This document shows positions 9,826 to 20,163 of a DNA stretch of 64,000 nt, in pieces. The DNA is taken from the NCBI GenBank assembly GCA_963754655.1, contig CAVWGN010000001.1, forward strand, positions 544,001 to 608,000, written 5' to 3'. The notes beneath the pieces were generated by a model. The model had not been told where the DNA came from and did no database searches. It saw only the letters and a program-made list of their open reading frames with translations. Both the position numbers and the translations under genes were made by a program. Positions within the stretch are counted from its first letter, which is position 1; each line of letters begins with the position of its first letter. The stretch is from an uncultured Chlamydiae bacterium. GTDB taxonomy: Bacteria; Chlamydiota; Chlamydiia; Chlamydiales; Parachlamydiaceae.

Positions 9826-11287
9826 GGGACAATTGCAGAATTATTTAGCGTGTTATACTGCGATTTTTTTTCTGTCAATTGTACCTGAGATCGAAAAGAA
9901 TCGATTCTAGACGACTAAGTTTTAATGAAAAAAAAACACTTTTATGCAAAACATTCGAATTTTTTGAATTTTTTTAAAAATTGATCTAATTTTGGCAGGG
10001 GGTAACGTAAGAAGATACTGTCAATCTTTGAAATTTAATCGATCTTTAGGAAGTGAATTTCAATAACATCATAGCGGCCGCTGTTAATACTCCAAATAAT
10101 GCATGGCAAGAGACTTTCTGATATCCTCTGTAATATATCCTATGTCCTCCACAATAGTCCTTAAAGAATGCATTAAAGGATTCTTTGGGAAATCGCTCTG
10201 CGTACCTCTTTTCTTCAGCTGTTTTAAAATTTAAAAGAGTTTTTCTTTTTTTCTCTTCCATTTTTGCCTTTTTTTGAGCTGCACTTCGCGAACACTGATC
10301 GATAATTGGTATATGATTAAGGGATCGGCTAAATTCCTTGATTTCTGGATAATCGTAAGCTGCATCCATTAAATCGTACAAATTAGTTACTACCTTGCTT
10401 GTTTTTAGAGATAAAGGAATTGCAACTTCACAGTCATTACACGATGCAGATGTGACAATTGCAGCCAAAGGGACTCCATTATCATCAACATTAGTATGCA
10501 ACTTATAGCCTTTCCAAAAAATGTGAAATCCCTGAGGATTTCTTTTCATGCCTTTGTCACATGCTATAGGAAGATGTTCTACCATTTTTCGAAGATCTGG
10601 TTCATTCAACTGCTGTTGACGTAGATTTGGTTCTCCAGCACTTTTCATTCTTCTTCTTTCTTTGTCTTTTTCTTTTCGACGTGTTTTTGCACATGGTTTT
10701 TTTAATGATTTTTCACGTGCTTCTAAGGGTGTAGAATCTGTTATCACATGTCCTATGATCTCTCCCTTGTAAAATTCTTTAACCAATGCTTGGTGAACCC
10801 TATCCGGAAGGGTTATTTGGCTAAATTCTTTGAAAGCTCTAGAAAATTTAGATTCAGAAGGAATTTTATGATTTGCCTCCCAACCACAAATAATCCTCAA
10901 TTGTTCATCCTGGTTTAGCAGGCGAATAATTTGTTTAGTGTAAGGTTGTTTTAGGACTACTTTTGCGATAAAACTTCTAGCCATTGCGATGCGATCTTTT
11001 GGTGGCCTTCCTAATTTGAAGGATCGCGGAATATGACTTTCAATACGAACAAGTTCCAGAATTGATACTAATTTTTTATACTCAGGGCAGAGTTCATGAG
11101 TTCGTTTGATTAAATCAGGAAAAAGAGTAGACTGTACGTTATTCCACATTTGCGATAATTTTTCTCTGAACATTTTTCGGTTCCTTGTATAGTTTAAGAC
11201 GGTTTTTCTACATCTAGACTATATTAAGGAGCCTTTTTTTGAAAGTGGTAAATTAAAATAATTTATTGTTTATTCTGCAATTGTCCC
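9826..11287 (-). mobile_element. DDE insertion sequence, 1462 bp (resembles the ISNCY/ISLbi1 group or IS5-like; family uncertain)
   Basis: 16-bp terminal IR GGGACAATTGCAGAAT; flanking duplication TGAAA (9821-25 / 11288-92), or up to 9 bp CCTGAAAGG depending on where the IR is taken to start. Confidence 0.9.
10046..11173 (-). CDS. DDE transposase
   Basis: DSTPL, WKGYKLH, YDLMDAAYD motifs; lies within the IRs. Confidence 0.9.
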   Translation of the reverse strand: MFREKLSQMWNNVQSTLFPDLIKRTHELCPEYKKLVSILELVRIESHIPRSFKLGRPPKDRIAMARSFIAKVVLKQPYTKQIIRLLNQDEQLRIICGWEANHKIPSESKFSRAFKEFSQITLPDRVHQALVKEFYKGEIIGHVITDSTPLEAREKSLKKPCAKTRRKEKDKERRRMKSAGEPNLRQQQLNEPDLRKMVEHLPIACDKGMKRNPQGFHIFWKGYKLHTNVDDNGVPLAAIVTSASCNDCEVAIPLSLKTSKVVTNLYDLMDAAYDYPEIKEFSRSLNHIPIIDQCSRSAAQKKAKMEEKKRKTLLNFKTAEEKRYAERFPKESFNAFFKDYCGGHRIYYRGYQKVSCHALFGVLTAAAMMLLKFTS

Positions 11288-11485
11288 TGAAAGGACGGCA
11301 TAAACATGCGACCTTCAATTTAACTATGCCAATTATTGTGAAAAATAAAGCTCATTTTTTGCACAAAATGAACACCCTAACCCCGGGCTTTCAAGCAGTC
11401 CAATAGGTAAAAACTCATGTAATGGAGTATAGTCTATTAAAACTTCCTCATGCATAAGACGCAAAAACTCAGGTAAACAGCAATA

Positions 11486-12268
11486 CTAAGCGCTTTTGCG
11501 ATGATGGGTTTCTAAACTTTCTTTGAGCATACGCATAATGTCTTTGACATCTGTAAGTTTAGCCTCTTTGTTTTTAGTGGGACGCGGTTTTTTGCCTTTG
11601 ATTTTTTGCTCGATAATTTCTTTTAATTCTTCTGTATAGGTATCATGATATTCTTCAGGATGAAAGTGCGAAGCGAGCTGTTCGATTAACTTTAAAGCCA
11701 TAGTCACTTCTTGAGTGGACATTTTAGCTGATTCTGGAATATGAAGTTGAGTGGGTTTTTTGATTTCAGTATTGTAGCGCAATTGATTCAGAATGAGGAG
11801 GTGATCATGAGGTTTAATGATTCCAATATGGCCACGATTATGGAAAACATAGTGTGCCAGCCCAACTTTCTTCGACTTTTTAAGTGATTCACGCAAGAGA
11901 ACGTAAGCCTTATCAGCCCCCTTGCCAGGCTCTAAATAATAAGGTTTTTCATAATAGATAGAATCGATTTCTTTTTCGTCGACAAAATCTACGATGTCAA
12001 TCGATTTAGTTTTTTTGACATCGGCACGTTTAAAATCTTCATTGACAAGAATCACGTAATCTCCTTTTTGATATTGATAGCCTTTCACAATATCTTCATA
12101 AGGGATTTCTTTCCCATCAGATTTGCAAATGCGAGCATAGCGAATAGGAGAAAGATCTTTTTTATGCAGCATATCAAAGCTTAGGCCATGATCTTGTATT
12201 GCACTATAAAGCTTCATGGGAATATTGATGAGACCAAAACTTAAAGCCCCATTCCAAAGCGCGCGCAT
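11486..12268 (-). CDS. ku: Ku protein (NHEJ)
   Basis: MRALWNGALSFGLINIP, IVKGY, YYEKPYYLEP; GGAGG SD precedes ATG at 12268 rather than the ORF-track start. Confidence 0.95.
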   Translation of the reverse strand: MRALWNGALSFGLINIPMKLYSAIQDHGLSFDMLHKKDLSPIRYARICKSDGKEIPYEDIVKGYQYQKGDYVILVNEDFKRADVKKTKSIDIVDFVDEKEIDSIYYEKPYYLEPGKGADKAYVLLRESLKKSKKVGLAHYVFHNRGHIGIIKPHDHLLILNQLRYNTEIKKPTQLHIPESAKMSTQEVTMALKLIEQLASHFHPEEYHDTYTEELKEIIEQKIKGKKPRPTKNKEAKLTDVKDIMRMLKESLETHHRKSA

Positions 12269-12332
12269 CGTATACCTCCAAGCTTGTTGAGTAATTCTTA
12301 AATAACAGACTTGGTATGAAAGGTCAAGAATC

Positions 12333-13400
12333 TTAGACACCTTGATCGCGTGTCATATCAAAAACCCATTGGGTTAACAAGGGGAAGTAATGCGCACAGC
12401 GTATGGCTGCTGATCCTAAGGAAGGATTCAAAAAACAGTGGTGCAGACCCTTGCCTAATCTTATTTGGGAAGCGCAACGTCTTTGCCATGCCAACTTAAA
12501 GCCTGCAGGATTATTTTTTGCAGCAAATTCAGCTGCAAGATAGCCGCTGGCAATAGCTAAAGAGAGTCCATTGCCGCAAGCAGGTGGAATAGTGCTAGCT
12601 GCATCTCCAATCCAATAAGTTTGCGGCCACTGAGGCGGAGAACGCATACCGAATTCCGGAACATACGCCTCCATCCAATTCTCAAAAACATTGTGACCTG
12701 AAGAAAGAAGCTGATTTAAAACGGGATGAGAAGCGATCAAGCTTTGTATGAAATCCTGCGAAGAAGGAGCTTGTTGAACCCTTTCTATTTTTGCCAAGCA
12801 AGCTAAATTGGATCGCCCATTTTCAACAGGAGAGAGCCCCAAATAAGCTCCTTTAAAGGAAAAGAGATAGAGAGTAGAATCGAGGTTGAGTTCTGAAAAG
12901 TGAGCTTTAAATCCTATGTAGCGAAAGTGAGGAGCTTGTGCAGAGGAGTGAGAAAGACGACCGGTTGCAATCAATAAGTGCTTAGCAATAATTTTTTCTC
13001 CAGTAGAGAGCAAAAGAGTATGATTGTCTCCTGGAGAAGAGGATGGAAATAGATCTTGGACTTTTGTGTATGTTAAAAGAATAGCTCCTTGCTGTGCAAT
13101 TTGATCAGCCAATTGAGAATCAAGGGTTAAGTGCGATAGACTCCCAGCAGGAGGAGAAAAAGGGAATTGCAGCGCACACGTATGAGTATGCACATGGACT
13201 TGGTTAACAGGAACAGGGTGGATATCCCATTTTTTCAAGATAGACAAACTGGAAGGAGAGAGGAACTCACCGCATACTTTATGAGAGGGATAGCCACCAG
13301 CTTCAATGACAAGGGGTTGGATACCCAGCTCAAGTAGGCGTTTTGCTGCGCATAAGCCCGCTATACCTCCTCCAAGAATAACATAATCAAATTGATTCAT
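12333..13400 (-). CDS. FAD-dependent oxidoreductase (geranylgeranyl reductase/halogenase-like superfamily)
   Basis: GGGIAG Rossmann motif, HKVCGEFLS, IGDAA..PPACGNG. Confidence 0.88.
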   Translation of the reverse strand: MNQFDYVILGGGIAGLCAAKRLLELGIQPLVIEAGGYPSHKVCGEFLSPSSLSILKKWDIHPVPVNQVHVHTHTCALQFPFSPPAGSLSHLTLDSQLADQIAQQGAILLTYTKVQDLFPSSSPGDNHTLLLSTGEKIIAKHLLIATGRLSHSSAQAPHFRYIGFKAHFSELNLDSTLYLFSFKGAYLGLSPVENGRSNLACLAKIERVQQAPSSQDFIQSLIASHPVLNQLLSSGHNVFENWMEAYVPEFGMRSPPQWPQTYWIGDAASTIPPACGNGLSLAIASGYLAAEFAAKNNPAGFKLAWQRRCASQIRLGKGLHHCFLNPSLGSAAIRCAHYFPLLTQWVFDMTRDQGV

Positions 13401-14103
13401 TATCGTCCGTTGTATGAATTGTTACAATCCAACGGAAAGCCCAATGCCAAGTCACACTGCACTTTCTTTCATCAATGCCAGCGGCCTTTAAAAGGTTCCA
13501 CCATTCTTGACGGGTAAAGGAACGCCGAATTGACAATAATCCATCATGCCAAATCAGGCGATTGCGAAAAAAGATCGGAACAAGAGTTGCAAATCCCACA
13601 GTCGCGAGAGGATGACGGTGTAAATCATTAAGAATCACCGCTTGCTTGGCAATGCGGCAGGCTTGTTGAAGAAAAAAAATGAGCTCTTGATCGGATAAGT
13701 GATGGCAAACTAAAGTTGCCATGATGATGTCAAATTGAGATTTTTCATCCAGTTGAGCTGAAGGAGGAACAAGAAAGTGAATATTGGACAACGAGGGCTG
13801 ATTTTCTTGCAGATGTTCTTGAGCAAACGCAATAGCTTCTTGAGAAATATCAATACCCACAATGTCAGCTTGTGGATAATGAGCAGCAAGACGCAAAGTA
13901 AAAAGCCCTCCTCCGCATCCAACATCTAAGATTGAGGTAGGAGAAGTTGAAAGCTGCTTCAGAGCCCAAAAAGTTGCACTATCTCCCCCCAAAAAACGCC
14001 CAATACGATCAAGTTGATAAAGACAGGCGCGATATTCTTCTCGTGTATAATAAGAAGGCCCTAAATCCATCCATTCTGGCTGATGGGAGCGTTTGCTGAG
14101 CAT
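13387..14103 (-). CDS. Class I SAM-dependent methyltransferase (type III PKS-associated)
   Basis: ILDVGCGGG, HHL, INDLHR, DGLLSIRRSFT; likely start MLSKRS just after the PKS stop. Confidence 0.88.
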   Translation of the reverse strand: MLSKRSHQPEWMDLGPSYYTREEYRACLYQLDRIGRFLGGDSATFWALKQLSTSPTSILDVGCGGGLFTLRLAAHYPQADIVGIDISQEAIAFAQEHLQENQPSLSNIHFLVPPSAQLDEKSQFDIIMATLVCHHLSDQELIFFLQQACRIAKQAVILNDLHRHPLATVGFATLVPIFFRNRLIWHDGLLSIRRSFTRQEWWNLLKAAGIDERKCSVTWHWAFRWIVTIHTTDDNESI

Positions 14104-14104
14104 A

Positions 14105-15232
14105 CTATTGCTTCGATTTTCGAACAGATTGTAATAAAATTCCTTCAGCAGATAGACCTGGTCCAAATCCAATTCCAGCTGTCCAAGGACGTAGATAGGA
14201 ACGACGCGAAAGGCTTTCCAAAACAAATAATAAAGTTGCACTTGACATGTTGCCATAATTCGCAAGCGTTTCCCAGGAAGACTCTGTTTGATCTGACTGC
14301 AACTCTAATGCTCTTTCAACAGCCTGTAAAATTGATTTCCCTCCAGGATGAAGAGCCCAATCACATTGCTCAGCTTGGATTTCATCTCTTAGCAAGCCTT
14401 GGGTAAACTCTTGCATATGACGTCCAATAAGAACAGGAATTGTATGAGATAAACGCATAAGAAAGCCATGATCACTTGCTTCCCAAGACATTTTATCGAG
14501 CGAATTTTTAAATCCAAGAGAATGTGTGCGGATGATTGTCCAAAGAGGGTTTTCATCTTTTCGTGGATTGCCTCCAATAATCGCTGCAGCAGATCCATCG
14601 CTAAAAAGAGAATTAGCCGTTAAGGTTTCAATATTGTCGTCTGCTTGTAAATGGAGTGAACAAAGTTCAGTACACACTAATAAGATGCGAGCATCGGGAT
14701 CTTCTTGAGTAAAAGCACGAGCAACGGATAATCCTTTAAATGCTCCAAAGCATCCCATAAAGTTGATTCCAATGCGATTGACCGTAGAAAGAAGACCTAA
14801 ATTTTGCATTAAATGATATTCAATCCCAGGAGCGATAATACCTGTGCATGAGACAGAAATCACATGCGTAATGCGTTTTCCTTCTCCTCCCCACTTTTCT
14901 AGCACTTGCCGTGCTGCTTTTTCCGCTAGTTCAGGTGCATCCTTTTTATAGCGCAAATTCCGCTCAGTCATTCCAGGAATTGTTTGTGGATATTCAGAAC
15001 CCCAAAATTCCCATTCTTCTCGAGGTTTATGAAAATCACCCGTAACTAAATAACGTTTTTCAATCGCTGAATTTTGATAAATGCGATTAACTTGTTTGGC
15101 TTTTTCTTGATTGAGAGAAAAAATAGCAATAGATTGTTCAGCAAGAGTTTGCTGCTCATAGAGATAAGAAGGAACAACTGCAGATAGAGCAAAAATAGTC
15201 GAATTCATAATTTTTCTATCATATATAATCAA
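14105..15232 (-). CDS. Type III polyketide synthase (chalcone synthase-like)
   Basis: Catalytic triad FMGC, HPGG, GNMSS; C-terminal GFGPGL. Confidence 0.95.
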   Translation of the reverse strand: MIIYDRKIMNSTIFALSAVVPSYLYEQQTLAEQSIAIFSLNQEKAKQVNRIYQNSAIEKRYLVTGDFHKPREEWEFWGSEYPQTIPGMTERNLRYKKDAPELAEKAARQVLEKWGGEGKRITHVISVSCTGIIAPGIEYHLMQNLGLLSTVNRIGINFMGCFGAFKGLSVARAFTQEDPDARILLVCTELCSLHLQADDNIETLTANSLFSDGSAAAIIGGNPRKDENPLWTIIRTHSLGFKNSLDKMSWEASDHGFLMRLSHTIPVLIGRHMQEFTQGLLRDEIQAEQCDWALHPGGKSILQAVERALELQSDQTESSWETLANYGNMSSATLLFVLESLSRRSYLRPWTAGIGFGPGLSAEGILLQSVRKSKQ

Positions 15233-15437
15233 AAATTTATTCGCAAATTTTTAAGATTCAATTTATTTTGACTTGGACAGGAGGTCCCAAATGTTGATTT
15301 TAACTAATAATAATAAATTTAATTAAAATGTAAAAAATTAATTACATATAAATTTAATTATTTAGTTTGAGAAATATTATTATTTGTATTAAGATTCTTT
15401 CTTTTAATAATTTAAGTATGGAAAAGAGGAGTAAAGT

Positions 15438-17381
15438 ATGGGAGTAGCATTTTCAGCGGGATGGACATCGGCGGAGCCTTTTTTTCGAGGATTGAAGTTT
15501 GGTGGCTTAATGAATCAAGCTCTTGAGCAAGATGAGACATATCGGCAAGGACGTCATCATTTTATGACAGCCATTAACCAAATTTTGGAATGGGGTTTAG
15601 CTCTAGAGCAGGTGTCGGTGTGTTTACAAGCTGCAAATGTCAACTATTCTTTGACAAAGTGGAATATCGCTCAGTTTGTGGTTCCCATGGGAGTGGCCTA
15701 TTTATCAAGCCGCCAAATTGAGGTTTTACATATTAGTGAAGCAGCCAATTTTGTTCAAAACCATTTAGGGAAACTGAGTCTCCTTGCCATGGCCGTTTCC
15801 ACTATTGGTTTGTTGATTCTAGGTCACACCTTCTTAGCTGTCACAACACTTGCTTATTTAACAGTGGGTCTATTAGAGCGTCAGAATGTGTTACCCGAAT
15901 CAGCACAAAAGGTGCTGCATTACGCGAACTTTTTCATTGGTAATTTCACAGGCCTTTACTTAGGAGGCCTATTTGTTCGTGTGATATGTACATTGAATTT
16001 GATTGTGGCGACAGTCAAAAAATATTTCGAACATAGGTTATTCAATGAAGAAAAAGCGTTTCAAGCGTTAGAGCGACTGAAGACAGATGATGGAGAAGAC
16101 TTCCAAGAAGGGACAGAGGCTCGAAAGAACCAGGTGTCTTTGAATGAACTTCAAAAATTGACTCATGACACGGTGTGTACGATGCGTCAATCACATATTC
16201 AAGAAAAACCTCTTCCATCAGTGGATGAAAAAGTTCAGATAACGGATATTCTGGATCTAGCTGATCAAGTGGATTGGTTGCAGCATGAACATGTGATCAA
16301 AGGCAAATTAGCAAAAGATAAACGCTGGCTAGAAGTTGGACAATTTGAAGCGGAACCCATCGAGTATTTTCAACGCAATCTCAAAAGTTTAATTGAAAGC
16401 ATTAGAGATCGTCAAATTTTGCAAGGAAAGCCTTTAAATTATGAGATGCTTGAGTTTTATTGCCGCTTTATTGCTCAAGAGCTTCAAAATATTCACAAAA
16501 AAAATGAGGAAGAATGCAACGAAGATATAAAGAAGCAAAATGAAATCACAATAGCCGATACGTTGATTTGGCTAGGAGTAGAAGGAGGGGAGTATTGCGG
16601 GACGGGCAAATTTGGTATTGTTGAAGAAGTTTACGAAAATCTACTTGCTCAGGCTGAAGGACTGCCATTAGAAACGCGTGTATTGGCTTGTGAGCAGCAA
16701 GAGCGCCAACGCATTTGGCAGCACATTTATCAGCTCGTCTGGACAACCAATCCTATTACGCAGGCGTTTGGTTATTTCAGTGAGATCAATGCCATTCATA
16801 ATGCGAATCTCTTTATCAACCTCGTACAAGCAGGCGAAAAATTTGGCATTCCGCACCAAGCTGCAAAAAATGATCAAGCTGCAACGATTAATCCCATTAC
16901 CCATTATTTAGCTTTCATATTTGTTAATACTATTGAAAAGTGCTTTTGGAAAGGACATTCTATGCCCCAATGTTATATTTCCATTGACAAACCTCAAGAA
17001 GAAGAGTGGTGGAAAGCGTGGAAATGGGTTCAATTAAAAACAGAAACCGTCGATGTCAAGCCTTATAATGAAGAGGCAATCTTAACACGCCTCAACGAAA
17101 CTATTGGCTCGCCGCAAATTCCGAAATTTGACATTTATATTTGGTGGCAAAAGTGGATCTATCGGCAAAATTATCTCTCAGAGGATCAACAAGATGAATT
17201 ATGTGGGCAATTGCAAGAAGTTCCAAAAACGGATTCACAAGGAAATCGAGTATTAACTTTTAATGGCGAGCCCTTTGAAGTAAATGGTAAAATTCAGCCT
17301 AAATTTCTCAAAGTTATGTTGATTGAAATGGGGATTTTTAATAAACCTTCGGAGTTATCACAGGATGAGGAAAATTCTTAG
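15438..17381 (+). CDS. Hypothetical membrane-associated protein
   Basis: 647-aa ORF, GAGGAG SD, N-terminal hydrophobic segments. Confidence 0.75.
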   Translation: MGVAFSAGWTSAEPFFRGLKFGGLMNQALEQDETYRQGRHHFMTAINQILEWGLALEQVSVCLQAANVNYSLTKWNIAQFVVPMGVAYLSSRQIEVLHISEAANFVQNHLGKLSLLAMAVSTIGLLILGHTFLAVTTLAYLTVGLLERQNVLPESAQKVLHYANFFIGNFTGLYLGGLFVRVICTLNLIVATVKKYFEHRLFNEEKAFQALERLKTDDGEDFQEGTEARKNQVSLNELQKLTHDTVCTMRQSHIQEKPLPSVDEKVQITDILDLADQVDWLQHEHVIKGKLAKDKRWLEVGQFEAEPIEYFQRNLKSLIESIRDRQILQGKPLNYEMLEFYCRFIAQELQNIHKKNEEECNEDIKKQNEITIADTLIWLGVEGGEYCGTGKFGIVEEVYENLLAQAEGLPLETRVLACEQQERQRIWQHIYQLVWTTNPITQAFGYFSEINAIHNANLFINLVQAGEKFGIPHQAAKNDQAATINPITHYLAFIFVNTIEKCFWKGHSMPQCYISIDKPQEEEWWKAWKWVQLKTETVDVKPYNEEAILTRLNETIGSPQIPKFDIYIWWQKWIYRQNYLSEDQQDELCGQLQEVPKTDSQGNRVLTFNGEPFEVNGKIQPKFLKVMLIEMGIFNKPSELSQDEENS

Positions 17382-17393
17382 TCGTTAAAGAAA

Positions 17394-18272
17394 TTGAACA
17401 TTCAACTATTAAAAAAATTAAACCGAGTGAAGCTCTTACAGCCCTTAAATCGTTTACTTCAGCTTGATGTTCACCTCTTAAAACAAGACTTGCAAGATGT
17501 ATTTCTGTCTGCTTGTGCCATTTTTGTCTGTTGTTGCCCTTTGGTTCTCTATGCTGTAGTTGAGCAACTTGTACCGATTGTTGTTTCCAAACTGCCCCAT
17601 GAGCTCCCTGCTTTTACTCAAGGGCTTGCTATTGAGGACGATCAGCTCTATGAAAGCACAGGTTTGTATGGCCAATCAAGCTTGCGTATACTCGATATTA
17701 AGACGGGAAAAATCTTACGCAAATTGCCACTGGCAGAAGACATTTTTGCTGAGGGGATTGCTGTCTTCCCTCATCAAATTGTTCAAGTGACTTGGCGTGA
17801 GCAGCAGGCTTTCGTTTATGACCGCAAGAGCTTAAAGCTAAAACATATTTTGTTCTATTTTGGAGAAGGATGGGGTCTTTGCCGTGATGAAAATACGGTG
17901 TGGATGAGCAATGGAACATCCATGCTGACTCAACGCGACTTGTCTACTTTTGCTCTGCTAAAAACAGTAGAGGTGCGCTTAAGAGGAATACCCGTGGAAA
18001 ATCTTAATGATTTGGAATGCGTAGGAAATGAGCTTTATGCGAATGTCTGGCAGAAAAATTGGATTGTACGTATTAATAAATTGACTGGAGATGTGACTGG
18101 CATTATGGATGCTTCTCCTCTTTTATCTGTTTCAGAAAAAGCGCGCTTGCACTTAGATGAAGTGTTAAATGGCATTGCCTTTCGCTTCAACACAGGAACA
18201 TTTTTTCTGACAGGAAAAGGGTGGCCTTGGATTTTTGAGGTGCGTTTGATTGTTCAATCTGAAACATCATGA
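17394..18272 (+). CDS. Glutaminyl-peptide cyclotransferase (type I); start uncertain
   Basis: AFTQGL, YESTGLYGQS, FAEG, GEGWGL, NLNDLE, VLNGIA, TGK.WP. Confidence 0.92.
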   Translation: MNIQLLKKLNRVKLLQPLNRLLQLDVHLLKQDLQDVFLSACAIFVCCCPLVLYAVVEQLVPIVVSKLPHELPAFTQGLAIEDDQLYESTGLYGQSSLRILDIKTGKILRKLPLAEDIFAEGIAVFPHQIVQVTWREQQAFVYDRKSLKLKHILFYFGEGWGLCRDENTVWMSNGTSMLTQRDLSTFALLKTVEVRLRGIPVENLNDLECVGNELYANVWQKNWIVRINKLTGDVTGIMDASPLLSVSEKARLHLDEVLNGIAFRFNTGTFFLTGKGWPWIFEVRLIVQSETS

Positions 18273-18967
18273 CTGATTCTTCTTCCTCGCCTTCTCATCA
18301 GGAGGTCAAAGAGTATTTAGAGCGCCGTTTTGGACAAGAAAGCTCCTTGTTGCATTCAATTCGTACCAAATCCCATGCTGAAAGATTGCCCAATATTCAA
18401 ATTCCCATCCATGTTGGCAAGATTCTTTACCTTTTGGCTAAAATTCAAGCACCACGGCAAATTTTGGAAATTGGAACATTGGGTGGCTATAGCACAGCCT
18501 GGCTTGCACAAGCCCTTCTTCCCAATGGACGTTTGATTTCGCTAGAAATTAATCCTGATCACGCTGCAAAAGCTTATGAACATCTGGAAGAATTGAAGGA
18601 AAAACAAATTGAAATTCGCGTTGGGCATGCAGTTGAACTATTAGCTCAACTTGCAGCTGCTAAAGAAGGACCTTTTGACTTCATTTTTATTGATGCTGAT
18701 AAAGAAAATAATGCACTTTACTTAGATTGGTCTTTGCATCTTAGCCGTCCTGGAACTCTTATTCTCATTGATAACTTAATTCCCAAAGGTCTTAAAGTAG
18801 GATATCCTTCCCATGAAGAAGCCAAGGCAATTTATGCCTTCAATGATTACCTAGCACAACATCCACAGCTTGAAATTGCTGCCGTGCCCACGTTAGTCGA
18901 TTCCCAAGGTCGCTTAGATGCTTTGGGTATTGTATATGTGAAAGAAACTATCTCTTTAATACAATGA
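18269..18967 (+). CDS. O-methyltransferase (caffeoyl-CoA OMT-like family)
   Basis: ILEIGTLGGYS, FDFIFIDADK, LIDN. Confidence 0.9.
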   Translation: MTDSSSSPSHQEVKEYLERRFGQESSLLHSIRTKSHAERLPNIQIPIHVGKILYLLAKIQAPRQILEIGTLGGYSTAWLAQALLPNGRLISLEINPDHAAKAYEHLEELKEKQIEIRVGHAVELLAQLAAAKEGPFDFIFIDADKENNALYLDWSLHLSRPGTLILIDNLIPKGLKVGYPSHEEAKAIYAFNDYLAQHPQLEIAAVPTLVDSQGRLDALGIVYVKETISLIQ

Positions 18968-19793
18968 TAGCTTCATAATTTTGCACTTCAAGAGTGATGG
19001 AGTCGTCAATTTCAAATTTTTTCAGATCTTCCAGCCAAGTTTTGCCATCCTCATAACCAAATGTTTTAATAAGTTCTGATTGACCGAGCTCTTCAAGTTT
19101 TTTTAATCCATGTTCGACTCCTATCCGAAACATGCTCTTTTTTTGTTGTCCTTCAACCTTGATGTTAAACAACTCTGTATGATATGAAAATTTATCTGAA
19201 TTTGAAAGATGCGTTACAATTCTTTCAATAGTGTCTTTGTGCGATTGCTGCCATTGATGTTGAAGTTCAACCAACTTTTTCCATGCTTGTATGGGCTTCG
19301 GCAGAGGTTCTTTGTATGTCCTTTTAGCTCCCATTTCTTCCATAATCAAAATACCTCCAGGCTTAACCATAGAGAGCATTGGGTCGACTGCTTTTGCAGG
19401 ATCTGTCAGATGTGATAGAACAAAACGAGAGTGAACAATATCGAAAAGTTCTGGATATTTTTTTTCGAGATCTTTAAGGTAATAAACGTCACAGATATCC
19501 CACGATACATTTGTTAGATTCTCTTCTTTTACTTTTGCTTTGGCGACATCAATTTGTTCAGCGCTAATGTCAACACCAACAACGACAGAATTGCTAAAGG
19601 TTTTTGCAAATAAATTTGTCAAATTTCCATTTCCACATCCTACATCGAGAATCTTTGGATTTTTTGAGGTGCTATTAGAATTGATTAATTGCATAGAAAG
19701 TGAATTACAAATGGCTCCTAGGGAATTCAATCTTTTATCATCGGCTTTTCCCACAGGGATCATATAAATAGGCTCGTTAGAATTTACTTGCAT
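18948..19793 (-). CDS. Class I SAM-dependent methyltransferase
   Basis: ILDVGCGNG, GVDIS, FDIVHSRFVLSHL, KPGG. Confidence 0.88.
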   Translation of the reverse strand: MQVNSNEPIYMIPVGKADDKRLNSLGAICNSLSMQLINSNSTSKNPKILDVGCGNGNLTNLFAKTFSNSVVVGVDISAEQIDVAKAKVKEENLTNVSWDICDVYYLKDLEKKYPELFDIVHSRFVLSHLTDPAKAVDPMLSMVKPGGILIMEEMGAKRTYKEPLPKPIQAWKKLVELQHQWQQSHKDTIERIVTHLSNSDKFSYHTELFNIKVEGQQKKSMFRIGVEHGLKKLEELGQSELIKTFGYEDGKTWLEDLKKFEIDDSITLEVQNYEAIIVLKR

Positions 19794-20163
19794 GTTGCCC
19801 CCTTATGTTAAGTAGAAAAGTACCAGGATTCTAATAAAAATTAAAGAATTGGTTATGTTAGCTCGGCAGTCACTGCCGCTATATCCTAGCATTCTAAAAT
19901 GCAAATCATTTGCCCTAAAAATTAATAATTAATCAGTGAGTGAAAATTTAGCTTGAATTTATTAAACGGCAGGGCTTGCAATATAAGCATGCAAGAGATG
20001 CGGTTAGGCTAAGCGACGCTTTCAGTCGCCCGCCGCTTCGCTCTGGGCTCTAGGTGAGGGGTTGAGGACCCCACCGTTCGGTTGCCCTCCGGGCTCGGTC
20101 ACGGTGGGCTAGTAACAGTCGTCCTACGGACTCTAGCGGCAATGTAGAAACCATGGGATGCTA

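Larger units (their letters stand above)
9403..11429. repeat. Nested palindromic element (outer TACTCCATTACAT arms, inner F-family arms), interrupted by an IS
   Basis: 9403-9690 is largely the reverse complement of 9737-9825 joined to 11293-11429. Confidence 0.85.
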
